A stretch of DNA of 27,079 nucleotides, taken from positions 1 through 27,079 of the IMG/VR virus record IMGVR_UViG_3300046795_000078; one strand, given 5' to 3'. Each line of letters starts with the position of its first letter. Position 1 is the stretch's first letter. Source of the stretch: a virus (Duplodnaviria > Caudoviricetes). Below are positions 23,892-27,079 of this stretch, piece by piece. Made by a program: the position numbers and the translations under genes. Below the pieces are notes generated by a model. It did not search any database, was not told where the DNA came from, and worked only from the letters and a program-made list of their open reading frames with translations.

Positions 23892-24038
23892 GCTTTTGGA
23901 TCGATGAGTATGCCGAAGTCCTCGCCGCCCGGCATGAGCGGCAAGAAGCTGGGACCACGCAAGCCAAGCATGAAGGTCGGCGGCATCCGCACGTCATTTA
24001 CGCAAGGCATCGCCACACCGAAGCTGGGCAAGCGGTAG
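23889..24038 (+). CDS. 49-aa basic micro-protein
   Basis: MAFGSMSMPKSSPPGMSGKKLGPRKP...PKLGKR; SD GGAGG. Confidence 0.65.
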   Translation: MAFGSMSMPKSSPPGMSGKKLGPRKPSMKVGGIRTSFTQGIATPKLGKR

Positions 24039-24045
24039 GGGCAGG

Positions 24046-24495
24046 TTGCCCTTCGGTCCGGCTCAACTCGACGGCCCACCGCCAACGCCGGTCACCTCGC
24101 TACCGGCGGCGCGGGAATCCAGCCAGCTTGGTGTGCTCACCGGCGGCACGCCGCCGATGCCCGGCGGGGGCGGACCTGGCGGGCCTGGTGGTCCTGGTGG
24201 TCCGGGCGGGATGCCGCCGGCCGGCCCCGATCTCACCGGCGTGATGGCACTCGGTCAGAAAATCGGCGAAGCCATCCTCATGCTTGCCGGCACGATGCCG
24301 GACGTCGCACCGCAACTCAATCAGGCGCTGGAGCTCGTCGCCAACGCCGTCGCCAGCCATCTCCAGACCCAAGGATCGACGCCGGGTATTCCCGGCACGC
24401 CGGGCGGGAACGCGGGGATGCCGCGTGGCGGCGGCATGGTGCAGGCGGGAGTTCAGTATCCCGGTGGTGGCTTTGGATCGGGCAGAGTAGCGTGA
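24046..24495 (+). CDS. Gly/Pro-rich head-region protein
   Basis: 149-aa ORF starting at TTG, with a helical core flanked by G/P-rich tails. Confidence 0.65.
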   Translation: MPFGPAQLDGPPPTPVTSLPAARESSQLGVLTGGTPPMPGGGGPGGPGGPGGPGGMPPAGPDLTGVMALGQKIGEAILMLAGTMPDVAPQLNQALELVANAVASHLQTQGSTPGIPGTPGGNAGMPRGGGMVQAGVQYPGGGFGSGRVA

Positions 24496-24650
24496 CGTTT
24501 CTCAAGCTGCTCCTCGGCGGACTCATCATGACGGCGGCGTATGGCGGCACACGGTACTGGCTCACACGCGGTAGGGCGCCTGACATCCCGTCAGCGTCTG
24601 GCACCGTCGTCCCTGAAGGTACTGCGGCGGACGGACAGAAGGAGACGTAA
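24492..24650 (+). CDS. 52-aa membrane-anchored micro-protein
   Basis: MTFLKLLLGGLIMTAAYGG...; GTGA coupling. Confidence 0.45.
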   Translation: MTFLKLLLGGLIMTAAYGGTRYWLTRGRAPDIPSASGTVVPEGTAADGQKET

Positions 24651-24655
24651 GTTCG

Positions 24656-25411
24656 ATGGCGCTCCAGACACAACCACAACTGAATACGGCGAAGAAGTTC
24701 CTCGATCTCGTCCTGCAGAAGCTCCCGGAAGAGGAGCGCGCCAGTGCACGCGCGCTCTACAGCCAGGCCCAGGACGAAGCCTCGGCCATCGGCCAGCAGC
24801 TCGCGGCCGGGATCGCCGAGGTCAACACACGCGCACAGCAGCAGGCGGACTGGTGGGAGCGGCACAAGCACCTGGGCGGCGGCAACGGCGACGGCACCAA
24901 CCGGCCGGATCCCAGTCAGCCGAATAACCAGCCGCAGCCGTTCAACCCGACGCAGCTGCTCACCGAGATCGACAAGCGCATCGGCACGGTCGCCGACACG
25001 CTCGCCGGCCAGGGGCTCGCGCTCTCGACCATCCTCCCGACGCTGGTCGCGCAGCACGGGGTGGAATTCGGCGAAGTGCTCGACGCCGAGAAGCTGGCGA
25101 AAGACGCGATCGCCGCCAACATGGACATCAAGGAGTTCTACAAACAGTCGGTTGGTGAGCGGCGCGCGACCAAAGCGAAGGAGAAGTACGACGCCGACAT
25201 CAAGGCGGCGGAAGAGCGGGGACGGCTCTCCGGGCTGACCGAAGCCGGCAAGTCGATGAGCCCCTATCCGTCCACCCGGCAATCCGCCACGACGCTCTCA
25301 GGCTTGCGGATCCCGGAAGCGGAGAAGGCCGCACGCGCCGATCAGTATTCGCTCGATGCGGCGGTGACGACCGCGATGGAAGTCATGCAGAAACAGGCTG
25401 GCTCGGCCTGA
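24656..25411 (+). CDS. putative capsid scaffolding protein
   Basis: Helical, charged 251-aa protein directly upstream of the MCP; SD AAGGAG. Confidence 0.7.
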   Translation: MALQTQPQLNTAKKFLDLVLQKLPEEERASARALYSQAQDEASAIGQQLAAGIAEVNTRAQQQADWWERHKHLGGGNGDGTNRPDPSQPNNQPQPFNPTQLLTEIDKRIGTVADTLAGQGLALSTILPTLVAQHGVEFGEVLDAEKLAKDAIAANMDIKEFYKQSVGERRATKAKEKYDADIKAAEERGRLSGLTEAGKSMSPYPSTRQSATTLSGLRIPEAEKAARADQYSLDAAVTTAMEVMQKQAGSA

Positions 25412-25451
25412 ATCAGATCACCCGCCTGAGTGCAGGGTGAGGAGGAACGTG

Positions 25452-25651
25452 ATGAAGCGAATACGTGCCTTATGGAGACAGGTGATGCGAGCGAGTGATC
25501 AGCGCAGGCTGATTGGACTCGCAATCTGTCTCGTCGCCCTGTACTATCACCCCGAGTTGATGTTCTTCGTGCCTGTGATTGGGCTTGTGAACTTGGATCC
25601 AATCAATACAGCCACGACGAAGAACATCATGCCAGGTTTGGCAGACAACTT
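25452..25651 (+). CDS. major capsid protein, exon 1
   Basis: SD GAGGAGG, ATG 25452; ends ...LDPINTATTKNIMPGLADN(F) and joins exon 2 in frame. Confidence 0.8.
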
Positions 25652-26418
25652 CGAAGGAGCCGCCCGACGGTAACGTCGGTGCGTGAACGTCGCTATATGC
25701 TGGAAGTTCCTGAAGCTCACACCCCTGACAATGGGAAAGCGTGTGAGATAGTCGGCGTGGATCGTCCGACGCTGGATAATCAGCAGGAAAGACTGGTGCG
25801 TCAAGCGCAACTGGCAATGCTCTTCGACTGCGAAGGGTACATCACCGTACGCGTCGTCAATCGGGCGACGAAAGTGAAGCAGCGCAACATCGACATCTCG
25901 CCAATCGTGGGCATGAGCAATGTCTCACACGAGCTGATCGACTGGACCGCTGATGCACTTGAGAAGCTCGGTGTGCCGCGCTACGTGTGGTGGAGCAAGA
26001 AGCACGGCGGTCCGTGGGAGAAACACCTGCAAGGCCGCGTCCTCGTCTACGGATTCAAACGTGTCGAGGTATTGCTTCCGCTCATCCGCCCATTTCTCAT
26101 TGTCAAGGGAAAGCAGGCGGATCTCCTTCAACGATTTATCGACCTTCGAATGATCGCGTGGAGTGGCGGCAGTCGTCAGCGCGATTACTCTGAGGAAGAA
26201 CTTCAGCTTGCGAACACGATTCGCGATCTGAACGTGAAGGGCTACGGCTGGCGTCCAGTATCCTCAACGAGTCTACGCGATGGGTCCGAGCAGCTTCGTC
26301 GGAAGCTCGGTCGGACCGTGATGGACTCTGACCTCCGTACGAAAGACGGAGAGGCAGCAGAAATGACTGCCCGCCAGTCGATTCCGTTTTGATCGATTGG
26401 TCCTAAAGTAACAGCGCG
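25652..26418 (+). mobile_element. group I self-splicing intron (767 nt)
   Basis: Exon ends in U and the intron ends in G. IGS GAAGGAG pairs both exons. P3 GTCGCTA/TACGCGAT, P4 TGCTGG/TCAGCA, P6 AGGA..ACTGG/CCAGT.TCCT, P7 GAGTC/GACTC, P8 GGTCCGA/TCGGACC. Splicing restores DNFFKND. Confidence 0.88.
25679..26392 (+). CDS. intron-encoded LAGLIDADG homing endonuclease (true start uncertain)
   Basis: Single LAGLIDADG-type motif LAMLFDCEGYI; PFLIVKGKQA.LL..F C-terminal motif. Confidence 0.85.
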   Translation: MRERRYMLEVPEAHTPDNGKACEIVGVDRPTLDNQQERLVRQAQLAMLFDCEGYITVRVVNRATKVKQRNIDISPIVGMSNVSHELIDWTADALEKLGVPRYVWWSKKHGGPWEKHLQGRVLVYGFKRVEVLLPLIRPFLIVKGKQADLLQRFIDLRMIAWSGGSRQRDYSEEELQLANTIRDLNVKGYGWRPVSSTSLRDGSEQLRRKLGRTVMDSDLRTKDGEAAEMTARQSIPF

Positions 26419-27079
26419 CTTCAAAAACGACCCACTCATGGAATTCCTCAAGGCGAGGCACCATGTGTATCCCGGAGGTCCGACCATCCAGGAGAATTTT
26501 TTATATAAACCGATGATCGGTCAGGCGTACGCGAAAGGTGTCGGCGGCTTCAACATCAGCAAGCGCCAGACCTTCGCCGGTCTGCTCTTCGGCCCGAAGT
26601 ATTACGAGGTCTCGGTCCCGGAGTACCTGGAAGAAGTCGAAATCGAAGTCAACGGGCCGACCGCCGTGCTCTCGATGGTCAAGACCGACTACGGCAACGC
26701 CGCGCTGACGATGTCGGCGATGCTCGCCATCGACAACTACCAGGGCGGCCAGGATCTCGGTGGTGTCGACCGCACGCTGCACATCAACGGGCTGGCCGAG
26801 CTCGGCGACGGGCTGGCGGCTTCGTGGGACGGCAACACGTATCTCAGCTACGGCAGTCAGACGATCGCGGGCGTCGGTGCAGCGCTCAAGACACCTGTGG
26901 GGCTGGTCGCCGCCAACATCAACGGCGCGATCACCTTCCGTGCGCTGGAGCACACCTATCAGTCGGCGGTCATCGGCAAGGAGCACCCGGTCATCGGCGT
27001 CACGACCAATCGCTGCATGGGCTTCATCTCGGAGTCCTTCCAGCCGCACCAGATCATCGACTCGATTGAGCCGACCATC
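26419..27079 (+). CDS. major capsid protein, exon 2 (runs off the right edge)
   Basis: Missing from the ORF track. Open frame FKNDPLMEFLKARHHVYPGGPTIQENFLYKP..PKYYEVSV..NGPTAVLSMVK..INGL..YG resembles podovirus-type MCPs. Confidence 0.85.

Noticed and set aside
25515-25535. Lipoprotein lipobox in the MCP leader (LAIC)
   Set aside because: The -1 residue is Ile rather than G/A/S, and the hydrophobic stretch continues past the Cys.

Overview
A GC-rich segment of a tailed dsDNA phage (or prophage) genome. The host is probably an Acidobacterium, inferred from one SpoVG-like gene. Left to right: (1) a replication region with a truncated PD-(D/E)XK-like nuclease, a four-box DnaA-like array, an AAA_25/RecA-type helicase-like ATPase and a downstream iteron-like cluster; (2) a leftward, tightly coupled early cluster (RadC/JAB, DUF7178-like, SpoVG-like, DUF932 and small ORFs); (3) a repeat-rich non-coding junction at about 9030-9770; (4) a rightward region with an HNH endonuclease, many micro-ORFs, a candidate structured RNA and a permuted NlpC/P60 enzyme; (5) a packaging/head module with TerS-like, TerL, portal, small basic proteins, scaffold and major capsid protein (MCP). 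The main oddities are in the head module. TerL is split into separate ATPase and nuclease genes, and the ATPase half probably starts at ATT. The gene between the halves encodes a twin-arginine-type leader fused to a paralog of the MCP N-terminus. The MCP itself has a hydrophobic leader and is interrupted by a group I intron carrying a LAGLIDADG endonuclease. All family assignments come from motif recognition by eye; no searches were run.
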